From contig CAYVOI010000001.1 of the NCBI GenBank assembly GCA_964453605.1, positions 420,095-484,094 of the forward strand: DNA of 64,000 nucleotides, read 5' to 3'. The stretch is from an uncultured Gammaproteobacteria bacterium. GTDB lineage: Bacteria > Patescibacteriota > Patescibacteriia > Veblenbacterales > UBA10138. Shown piece by piece: positions 54,764 to 62,572 of this stretch. The position numbers and the translations under genes were made by a program. The notes under the pieces are model-generated. The model saw only the letters and a list, made by a program, of their open reading frames with translations. It did not search any database and was not told the origin of the DNA. Within the stretch, counting starts at the first letter, position 1, and each line of letters starts with the position of its first letter.

Positions 54764-55852
54764 ATGCACGTAGCCCTGGCCCACGACCACCTGAACCAGT
54801 TTGGCGGTGCCGAACAAGTTCTAACCGAGTTCCATGGTCTGTACCCTGAGGCACCTATTTTTACGTTGCTCTACGACGAGGCGGCCGTCGGGGGCTACTT
54901 TCCAGGTTGGGATGTTCGTAACTCGTTCATTGAGCGCCTACCTGGTGGGCACCGGTTTTTCAAGTGGTACCTAGCACTCATGCCGACCGCTGTAGAGCAG
55001 CTTGATTTTTCTGGTTACGACCTGGTGGTTTCTTCGGCCTCCGCGCTCATTAAAGGTATTGTGGTAAAACCACACGCCACCCATGTGTGCTACTGTCACA
55101 CACCGACCCGCTACCTCTGGAGCGACGCGTTGGAGTACACCTCTGAGCTACCGCAGCCGTGGTTGGTGAAGAAGGTACTGCCGTTCTTGCTCACACGTCT
55201 CAGGCAGTGGGATTACTTGGCGGCTCAGCGGGTGGACCACTACGTAGCCAATTCTAAGTTCGTGGCCGCCAGAATTGCCAAGTACTACCGCCGGGAGGCT
55301 AAGGTTATCTACCCGCCGGTACACGTGGAGCGTTTTGCCAAGCTCGCCGAACCCGAGGACTACTTTTTGGTCGTGTCGAGGCTTAGGCCGTACAAGCGGG
55401 TAGACCTAGCTATACGCGCCTTCAACAAGCTCGGCATGAAGCTCAAAGTGATAGGCACTGGTGAGCAAGAGGCAGAGCTTAGGGCTATGGCAAAATCTAA
55501 CATAGAGTTTTTGGGGCAGGTTTCCGAAGAGCAGAAAGCTTACTACCTCGCGCGGGCCAAGGCACTCATTTTCCCGCAAGAAGAGGATTTTGGCATAACA
55601 GCGGTTGAGGCTATGGCCTCCGGCCGACCAGTCATTGCCTACCAAGCCGGCGGGGCCCTTGAAATAGTTAAAGACAGCGTGACGGGTAAGTTTTTTGAGG
55701 AACAGTCGTGGGAGGCCCTGGCAGATGCGGTTATACGGTTCCGCTACGAACAGTACAAGCCCGAGGCTATCCAAGCAGCCGCTCGTAGCTACTCAAGCCA
55801 GCGTTTTGCTGAGGAGTGGGGGAGTTACGTGAGCACCGTTACTAGCCGCTAA
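54764..55852 (+). CDS. GT4 glycosyltransferase
   Basis: GGAEQV, YCHTPTRY, YKRVDL, EDFGITAVEAMASG. Confidence 0.9.
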   Translation: MHVALAHDHLNQFGGAEQVLTEFHGLYPEAPIFTLLYDEAAVGGYFPGWDVRNSFIERLPGGHRFFKWYLALMPTAVEQLDFSGYDLVVSSASALIKGIVVKPHATHVCYCHTPTRYLWSDALEYTSELPQPWLVKKVLPFLLTRLRQWDYLAAQRVDHYVANSKFVAARIAKYYRREAKVIYPPVHVERFAKLAEPEDYFLVVSRLRPYKRVDLAIRAFNKLGMKLKVIGTGEQEAELRAMAKSNIEFLGQVSEEQKAYYLARAKALIFPQEEDFGITAVEAMASGRPVIAYQAGGALEIVKDSVTGKFFEEQSWEALADAVIRFRYEQYKPEAIQAAARSYSSQRFAEEWGSYVSTVTSR

Positions 55853-55860
55853 GCCCTCAT

Positions 55861-57021
55861 ATGCGCCTGGGGGTAGACCTACGCTGTTTGCAAGATGGGA
55901 ACCGTACCGGGGTGGGGGAGGTGGCGTGGCAAACACTTCGGGCTTTAAGCACGCGTCCGGGAGTAGAACTTGTAGGTTTCGCTAATGCTGCTGGCACCAT
56001 AGACCTACCGCCACAACTTGAACGCGCTGTACAGGTGGTTAGAACCAGAGTGCCCAACAAGGTAAAAAACCTGAAGCTCTACCTTGGGCTTGGTGAGGCT
56101 ATTGACGTAACACTCAGTAAACAGACTGGAGCCAAGCTCGACGCACTGTGGCTCCCTAACCCCAGTTTTGCCCATGTTAGTAAGCATTGCCCAGTGGTGC
56201 TGACAGTGCACGACCTGTCGTTCTTTCACTACCCCGAGTTTTTTCCGCGCCGGGGGAGGGTGTGGTACTTTCCTGCCGTGCGGCGTTTGCTTGAACGTGG
56301 CCTACCACCACGTTCAAAGGTAGTAGCGGTTTCGCAGAGCACAGCACAAGACCTCAGTGAACAGTTCCCTGCCCTGCGTTCGCGCCTTGAAGTTATTTAC
56401 CCGGGCCTGACCCAAGATTACTTTGAGCCCCCAACTGTGGCTGAGCGCCAGCGGGCGACGGAACGTTTGCATTTACCTACAAAATTTTTGCTGAGTGTTG
56501 GCACCGTGGAGCCAAGGAAGAATTACCAGCTCCTGCTTAGGGCATACGATGAGCTGGTTCGCCTAGACCCTCAGTTTCCGTTTGACCTGGTGATTGCAGG
56601 CGGCTGGGGTTGGCGCTCAAAGCCGCTGGAACACCTCTACCACAGTTTGCCGAGCCGACGGCGTATACACTTTACTGGTTACGTGAGCGAGGCCGATAAA
56701 CGTGTGCTCTACGCTGAGGCCGCTGCGTTCTTATATCCATCGTACTACGAGGGCTTTGGCATTCCGGTGCTTGAAGCTATGGCGGCAGGGCTACCAGTGC
56801 TCGCCAGCCATAGCTCATCACTACCTGAGGTGGTGGGGGAGGCGGGCGTACTCCTAACGCCGTTAAACCCTAATGTTTGGTTGCAGGCTATTCAGTGGCT
56901 CATGAGAGACCAAACCGCTCGCACAGAACTCGCTACTAAGGCTCGCTCCCGAGCGCGTGAATTTTCTTGGGAACAGGCGGCTAATGCCTACTATGCGTTG
57001 TTTCGAGAACTTACCAGCTAG
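55861..57021 (+). CDS. GT4 glycosyltransferase
   Basis: TVHDL, GTVEPRKN, YEGFGIPVLEAMAAG. Confidence 0.9.
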   Translation: MRLGVDLRCLQDGNRTGVGEVAWQTLRALSTRPGVELVGFANAAGTIDLPPQLERAVQVVRTRVPNKVKNLKLYLGLGEAIDVTLSKQTGAKLDALWLPNPSFAHVSKHCPVVLTVHDLSFFHYPEFFPRRGRVWYFPAVRRLLERGLPPRSKVVAVSQSTAQDLSEQFPALRSRLEVIYPGLTQDYFEPPTVAERQRATERLHLPTKFLLSVGTVEPRKNYQLLLRAYDELVRLDPQFPFDLVIAGGWGWRSKPLEHLYHSLPSRRRIHFTGYVSEADKRVLYAEAAAFLYPSYYEGFGIPVLEAMAAGLPVLASHSSSLPEVVGEAGVLLTPLNPNVWLQAIQWLMRDQTARTELATKARSRAREFSWEQAANAYYALFRELTS

Positions 57022-57024
57022 GGT

Positions 57025-58110
57025 ATGAGAGTAGTACTTGACGCTCGACTCTACGGTTTGCACCACCGCGGGTTGGGGCGATACTTGGTGGAACTGGTAG
57101 CGGCGCTCCAGAGTGATACCACCACAGAGTACGTGCTCCTCGTAGACCCTCAGGCTAAGTTACCGGTGCTGCCACCTAATTTCCGTACTGTACCTGCACC
57201 GTGGCGCGTCTACAGCCTCGGCGAACAGATGTATCTGCCACGCCTCATTCGCAGGCTTACGCCAGACTTGGTTCATTTTCCTCACTTTGCTGGACCACTT
57301 TTTAGGCCCAGGCCCTACGTTATCACTATCCATGATCTTATTCTGCACCACCACCCTACCGAGCGCGCTACCACCTTGCCGAAGTTTTTCTACTGGGGGA
57401 AACTGTTGGGTTATCACCTGGTGGTACGCGTAGCACTCAGACGTGCATCCCGTGTTATGGTGGTTAGCCAAACCACCGCACAAGACTTGACAAGCTTCTA
57501 CCCTTGGGTGCGGTCGAAGCTCTTGGTGGTCCCCTTAGCTCCCGCAACCAAGGTCGTAGGCGTACCACTAGAGCTGCCGAAACAATACCTGCTCACTGTT
57601 GGAGCGGCGTACCCTCACAAGAACCTAGAGCTGGTGCTTCGGGCACTGCTGGAACTTCATCACATACAACCTGAGCTCAAACTTTTGGTAGTTGGTAGGA
57701 GAGATGTGTTCATGGAGCGACTACAACAGAGGGCACAGAACTTAGGCCTAGCTGAGAAGGTAGTGTTCTGGGGAGAGGCGAGCGAGGCCGAGTTGGCTAC
57801 GTTATATAAGCAAGCGACAGCTTACCTATTTCCATCATTCACAGAGGGATTTGGTTTGGGACCGCTAGAGGCACTGCAGTACGGCGCACCAGTGGTGGCA
57901 TCTGATATTCCAGTCCTGCATGAAGTTTTAGGTGCCGCTGCTGTGTTTATCGATCCGACCGACTCGAGCTCGTGTGCGCAGGGCATTGTGCGAGTGTTTG
58001 ATCCTAAAGTCAGGGAGGCGCTGCAGCAAGCGGCTAAACCAGTACTGGCGAGGCTGTCGTGGGGAGAGGTGGCACGCCAGACTAGGGACGTGTACATGTC
58101 AGTACGTTGA
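57025..58110 (+). CDS. GT4 glycosyltransferase
   Basis: GLGRY, TIHDL, YPHKN, EGFGLGPLEALQYG. Confidence 0.9.
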   Translation: MRVVLDARLYGLHHRGLGRYLVELVAALQSDTTTEYVLLVDPQAKLPVLPPNFRTVPAPWRVYSLGEQMYLPRLIRRLTPDLVHFPHFAGPLFRPRPYVITIHDLILHHHPTERATTLPKFFYWGKLLGYHLVVRVALRRASRVMVVSQTTAQDLTSFYPWVRSKLLVVPLAPATKVVGVPLELPKQYLLTVGAAYPHKNLELVLRALLELHHIQPELKLLVVGRRDVFMERLQQRAQNLGLAEKVVFWGEASEAELATLYKQATAYLFPSFTEGFGLGPLEALQYGAPVVASDIPVLHEVLGAAAVFIDPTDSSSCAQGIVRVFDPKVREALQQAAKPVLARLSWGEVARQTRDVYMSVR

Positions 58111-58145
58111 GTAGCCGCGTTTTTTCAGGTAGACTACGTATAGGT

Positions 58146-60653
58146 ATGCGAAAGAAACCAACACCGAAGAGCAACGGTACAGGCAGGCAGCAAGGTGCGC
58201 TGCCGGCTTGGTGGTCGTTCGACGTGCAGCAAGGTTCACTGAAAGCAGATCCACAGGGTCGGGCGCGTCTTTCGCACCATGTTTTAAACCTGCGACCAAA
58301 TCTTGTACCGCCGAGGCCAGTGGAGGTAGCCATGCCACTCCAGGTTCATCGTACAGCTAACCTCCCGAGCCTTAACTTCCTCACCTATCTCACACCGAGC
58401 TACCAAGCGTCACGCCACCTCCGGGGTGCATTCTTAGAACACTACCCGGTGGTGCGGCTACTGTCAGTTTTTACCGTACTAGAGGTGCTGTGGCTCCTAC
58501 TTGCCCTGGTGTGGAACAGCACCGTCTACCTCTACCTTAGGCTTTTCAGTGAGGTAGGTGCTGTGGGGCAGGAGGTCTGGGTTGACCTCAAGAGCTTTGG
58601 CGGGGTAGTGCTGGTTGTGTTCGCCGCGCCCTTCCGCCTGCTACTACCAGAACGAGTAGCTGTCACCGTAGTGCGGCATGAGTTCCGCTGGCCTGCCGTA
58701 AGCCAGCTGGCGTTTTTTGTGGTGATGGCACTTGTCATTACGCTGCCGCTTAAGGGTATTGCTACCTGGGCTACCGTTAGTGCTCGTGAGGGCACGGTGC
58801 TTGAACTAGCTACCAAAGCCGTGGGTAACTTACGGGCTGGTGGCCAGCAACTTGAGAGTGGTAACGCTACCTTAGCTGAGCTCGATTTCAAGCGCGCCAG
58901 CGAAACGTTTAACCAAGCGCTTGGCACGTTAGGTACGCTGCCCAACCAAGCACTTACTATTTTAAACAGCCTGCCCGGCACACCACAGCGCCTGGTAGCC
59001 GCTAACCACTTGCTGGCCGCGAGCCAAGCCATTGCCCAGGCAGCCGCCACCGCTGCTCACACCTGGAGTGAGCTTTCGGCTAAGCGGGCGGTAACTGATT
59101 TTGGTACCCAGGTGGCTTTGTTCCAAGCAGGTTTCAGTGAGCTGAAGCCGCAGCTTGATCAGGCAATTGCAGAGCTTAGTCAGGTGGAACCCGGTTCCTT
59201 ACCCCCGAACCTAGGTGGGGCGGTAGCAAGTTTACAGAACGAGCTTAACCATGTTGAAGCACTAATCTCCCAAGCCTTCAGTTTGCCAGGGTTTCTTCAA
59301 CAAGCTCTGGCCTCAACTACGCCTAAGCGATATGTGGTCCTATTCCAGAACTCAAGTGAGCTGAGGCCAACCGGTGGGTTTTTAGGCAGCTTAGCCCTAG
59401 TGGAGCTGCAGAATGGTGTAGTGAAGCAGGTACAAATTCCTGGTGGAGGGCCGTACGACTTCCAAGGCTCCCTGAAGCAGGTTATCCGTCCACCTGAACC
59501 GCTCCGTCTGGTGCGTGGTACCTGGCAGCTGCAAGATGCGAATTGGTTCTACGATTTTCCAACGAGCGCCCAGAAAGTCCTGTGGTTTCTCAAAGCTTCG
59601 GGTGGGCCCGATGCTCAAGGTGTGGTTGCACTCACGCCCGATGTGGTGTTGAAGCTGTTGGAACTTACCGGGCCAATTGATCTGCCACAGTACCATAAGA
59701 CGCTCACCGCCGAGAATTTTATGCGCGAAACGCAGCTCGCGGTAGAGGTAGAGTACGACCGCACATCTAACCGGCCTAAGCAGTTTATAGCTGACCTGGC
59801 GCCAGTTCTACTCCAGCGGATCATCAACCTAAAGCCAGAGGCACGGCTCGGGCTCTTGTCGGTGGTAGAGGAGGCTATACGTCAGCGCAGCTTGCAGGTG
59901 TACTTTACAGAACCGGAATTAGAGGCCAATGCGCGTTCCTACGGTTGGGCCGGTGAGGTAAAACAGGCGCCTCTCGACTACCTGGCGGTCGTCCGTACGA
60001 ACATTGGTGGTGGTAAAACTGACGCGGTGACTGACGAGGTCGTGCGCCAAGAAGTTGAGATTCAGCCATCAGGTGAACTCATTAGCCAGCTCACCTTAAC
60101 GCGCACACACAGTGGTAGTAAGGCCGACCTGTTTGAGCAGCGCCGGAACACGGATTTTATTCGGTTCTATGTGCCGGCAGGCTCAACCCTCCTCAGTGCT
60201 GATGGTTTTACACCGCCCCCACCTGAGAACGTACTCCCGGTGTCGCAGGCTGCCCAGCTTGACTCTGACTTGCTGGCGGTTGAACAAGAGCCAAGCACCG
60301 ACGCAGCTTCAGGCCTTAGGGTAACGAATGAATTCGGTAAGGCAGTTTTTGGTGGTTGGCTGGCCGTGGCGCCAGGTGAAACGCGCACTATCCACCTTTC
60401 GTACCAGCTGCCCTTTAGCCTGAAGTCCGAGTCGAGCCTGCAGGACCTCCGGCGCTACAGTGTCTACTTCCAACGGCAGGCTGGCGTAAAGCCAGTGGAT
60501 TTTACCTCCACACTCAAACTACCAACAGGTTGGCGCGTGCGATGGCAAGAGAGCTCGAGTGAACTTACACCTGTAGAGCAAGGCCTTGAGTTTAAGGCCG
60601 ATTGGATGCAAGATGAGTACTACGGCGTAGTGCTCGAGCGTACGGCGCGCTAG
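58146..60653 (+). CDS. DUF4012-domain membrane protein (start uncertain)
   Basis: YVVLFQNSSELRPTGGFLGS, QDANWFYDFPTSA, NIGGGKTD, YIRFY-like FIRFYVP. Confidence 0.82.
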   Translation: MRKKPTPKSNGTGRQQGALPAWWSFDVQQGSLKADPQGRARLSHHVLNLRPNLVPPRPVEVAMPLQVHRTANLPSLNFLTYLTPSYQASRHLRGAFLEHYPVVRLLSVFTVLEVLWLLLALVWNSTVYLYLRLFSEVGAVGQEVWVDLKSFGGVVLVVFAAPFRLLLPERVAVTVVRHEFRWPAVSQLAFFVVMALVITLPLKGIATWATVSAREGTVLELATKAVGNLRAGGQQLESGNATLAELDFKRASETFNQALGTLGTLPNQALTILNSLPGTPQRLVAANHLLAASQAIAQAAATAAHTWSELSAKRAVTDFGTQVALFQAGFSELKPQLDQAIAELSQVEPGSLPPNLGGAVASLQNELNHVEALISQAFSLPGFLQQALASTTPKRYVVLFQNSSELRPTGGFLGSLALVELQNGVVKQVQIPGGGPYDFQGSLKQVIRPPEPLRLVRGTWQLQDANWFYDFPTSAQKVLWFLKASGGPDAQGVVALTPDVVLKLLELTGPIDLPQYHKTLTAENFMRETQLAVEVEYDRTSNRPKQFIADLAPVLLQRIINLKPEARLGLLSVVEEAIRQRSLQVYFTEPELEANARSYGWAGEVKQAPLDYLAVVRTNIGGGKTDAVTDEVVRQEVEIQPSGELISQLTLTRTHSGSKADLFEQRRNTDFIRFYVPAGSTLLSADGFTPPPPENVLPVSQAAQLDSDLLAVEQEPSTDAASGLRVTNEFGKAVFGGWLAVAPGETRTIHLSYQLPFSLKSESSLQDLRRYSVYFQRQAGVKPVDFTSTLKLPTGWRVRWQESSSELTPVEQGLEFKADWMQDEYYGVVLERTAR

Positions 60654-60656
60654 GTC

Positions 60657-60685
60657 TTGACAAAATCGTCGAAGTGTACTATCAT
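60657..60685 (+). promoter_or_regulatory. Sigma70-type promoter of the intergenic RNA
   Basis: TTGACA-17-TATCAT. Confidence 0.7.
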
Positions 60686-60694
60686 ACCTAGGTT

Positions 60695-60871
60695 AAGAAT
60701 TGAGCTTTTTGTAAGGCCCCCGCGGGTTGGGGGAGTTAGAGAATGACGTAGGGATCCGCACGTCACCGCCTCAATTAGGGTGGAGTACGTGCCCTCTCTC
60801 TGCTTGGATACCATCATTTTGGTCCCTTCAAGCCTTCTCGCCTCCAGCCCCTGGGGGCTTTTGAATTTCTT
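60695..60871 (+). ncRNA. Probable 6S RNA-like rod-shaped RNA
   Basis: About 177 nt with no ORF. The ends pair (AGGCCCCC..GGGTTGGGGG / CCTCCAGCCC..GGGGGCTT); apical stem GCACGT/ACGTGC; internal bubbles. Confidence 0.5.
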
Positions 60872-60895
60872 GCATTTTCAAGTATACTGAGGCCT

Positions 60896-62485
60896 ATGCT
60901 AGGTACGGGGCGCTTGAACACTAAACTTACCGGCGGTGCACTGGTCATCGCCTTTTTTTCTGTAGCCTCCAGGCTCCTGGGGGTGGTCAGGGACCGCGTG
61001 TTGGCCTCACACTTTGGAGCCGGTACCGTGCTCGATAGCTACTATGCCGCTTTTAAAATTCCTGACTTCATTTTCACCATTCTGGTGTTAGGCGCGTTTG
61101 GCTCGGCCTTTATTCCCGTGTACATTCAACTGAGGGAGCGAGCTGGAGAGGCTAAGGGGGTCGAACTCGCGCAGACCATGTTCAACATGCTGGTGGGCGC
61201 GCTCACCGTCTGCGCTGTTTTGGGAGCCGTGTTTGCCCCACAGCTCATGCCGCTTATAGCGCCAGGGTTTGACGTCGCGCGCCTCAGTCTGGCGATAGAC
61301 CTGTCGCGGCTGATGCTCATAGCCATTATCTTTTTTGGTGCCTCTAACCTTATTGGGTCAGTGCTCCAGGCACACCAGAGTTTTGTGGCGTACTCAGCTG
61401 CGCCGATTGTCTACAATCTTGGCATCATCGCAGGGCTGTACCTGTTGGTACCCGCCTTGGGCCCCGTAGGGTTGGCGTGGGGTGTGGTGCTAGGTAGCGC
61501 TCTGCACCTCGGGGTCCAGGTACCATCGGCAGTGAAGTTCGGGTGGCGGTGGCGGTGGCGCTTCAGCTGGCGTGACTCGGCCGTCCGAGAGGTGGTGCGG
61601 CTCATTGGCCCCCGGACCATTGGCGTAGCAGCCAGCTCTTTAGAACAGCTTATTACCGCCGTCTTTCTTTCTAGCTTAAGCGTTGGTAGTGTGGCCGCAT
61701 TCAACCTGGCTTCCAACTTACAAAGTTTCCCCATCAACGTGTTTGGTGTTTCGCTGGCTATTGCCGCTTTTCCTATTTTCAGCCAAGCGTTTAGCGCTAA
61801 CGACCACACTAGCTTTATACAACACTTTAAGGATAGTACACGCCTGATTCTGTTCTACGTCGTGCCACTCTCTATTCTGTTCTTGGTGCTTCGGGCACAG
61901 ATGGTGCGTGTGGTTTTAGGCAGTGGTGCGTTTAGCTGGGACGATACTATTCGTACCGCTGAGGTGTTAGGGTTTTTAGCTATGGCCATGGTCTCTGACA
62001 GCCTGGTACCGTTGGTGGCGCGGGTCTTTTACGCACTTGGTGATACTAAAACACCTGCCTGGACCGCCGTTGGCACAGTGGCTGTAAACCTCGTGCTCTT
62101 GCTGGTCCTTAAGACTTACGGTTTGGCAGGCATTGGCTTTGCTTACGTGCTATCACGTGCGTTTAGCTTGAGCCTGCTCGTGCTCTTCTTGGGTAAGCGC
62201 TTGGGGCAACTAGGTGGCGAGTATATACTACAAGGTGCAACCCGCATGACCTTGGCGGGTGTGGCGGCGGGTGGTGTAGCGTACGGTGCCCTCCACGTAC
62301 TCGCACCCTTGGTTGATATGCATACGTTTGTAGGCATATTTATCCAAGGCGTGGGGGCGGGCGCACTGGGCGCTCTGAGCTACGTGCTGCTCGCTATGCT
62401 CTGGCACTTGCCAGAGGTTCAATTTGTGGAGCGCTGGTTAGGTTCAGCTTGGCGCATAACGAAACGACTATGGACTCCGGCTTAA
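60896..62485 (+). CDS. murJ: Lipid II flippase
   Basis: SRLLGVVRD, AAFKIPD, GAFGSAFIP, FYALGDTKTP. Confidence 0.93.
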   Translation: MLGTGRLNTKLTGGALVIAFFSVASRLLGVVRDRVLASHFGAGTVLDSYYAAFKIPDFIFTILVLGAFGSAFIPVYIQLRERAGEAKGVELAQTMFNMLVGALTVCAVLGAVFAPQLMPLIAPGFDVARLSLAIDLSRLMLIAIIFFGASNLIGSVLQAHQSFVAYSAAPIVYNLGIIAGLYLLVPALGPVGLAWGVVLGSALHLGVQVPSAVKFGWRWRWRFSWRDSAVREVVRLIGPRTIGVAASSLEQLITAVFLSSLSVGSVAAFNLASNLQSFPINVFGVSLAIAAFPIFSQAFSANDHTSFIQHFKDSTRLILFYVVPLSILFLVLRAQMVRVVLGSGAFSWDDTIRTAEVLGFLAMAMVSDSLVPLVARVFYALGDTKTPAWTAVGTVAVNLVLLLVLKTYGLAGIGFAYVLSRAFSLSLLVLFLGKRLGQLGGEYILQGATRMTLAGVAAGGVAYGALHVLAPLVDMHTFVGIFIQGVGAGALGALSYVLLAMLWHLPEVQFVERWLGSAWRITKRLWTPA

Positions 62486-62517
62486 TTCGTAATTTTTGCA
62501 TCATAGCTCACATCGAC
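62470..62517 (+). pseudogene. Orphan first copy of the lepA 5' end (MDSGLIRNFCIIAHID)
   Basis: Encodes the same IRNFCIIAHID as 62588-62620 with 7 synonymous third-position differences; overlaps the murJ stop. Confidence 0.9.
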
Positions 62518-62555
62518 CCCGCAGGAGAACGCTGTGCGTTCCCTACGGGGCAAGC
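62517..62555. repeat. Hairpin at the lepA duplication junction
   Basis: CCCCGCAGG-A-GAACGC-TGT-GCGTTC-CCTACGGGG followed by CAAGC. Confidence 0.85.
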
Positions 62556-62572
62556 CACGACTACCGCACACT

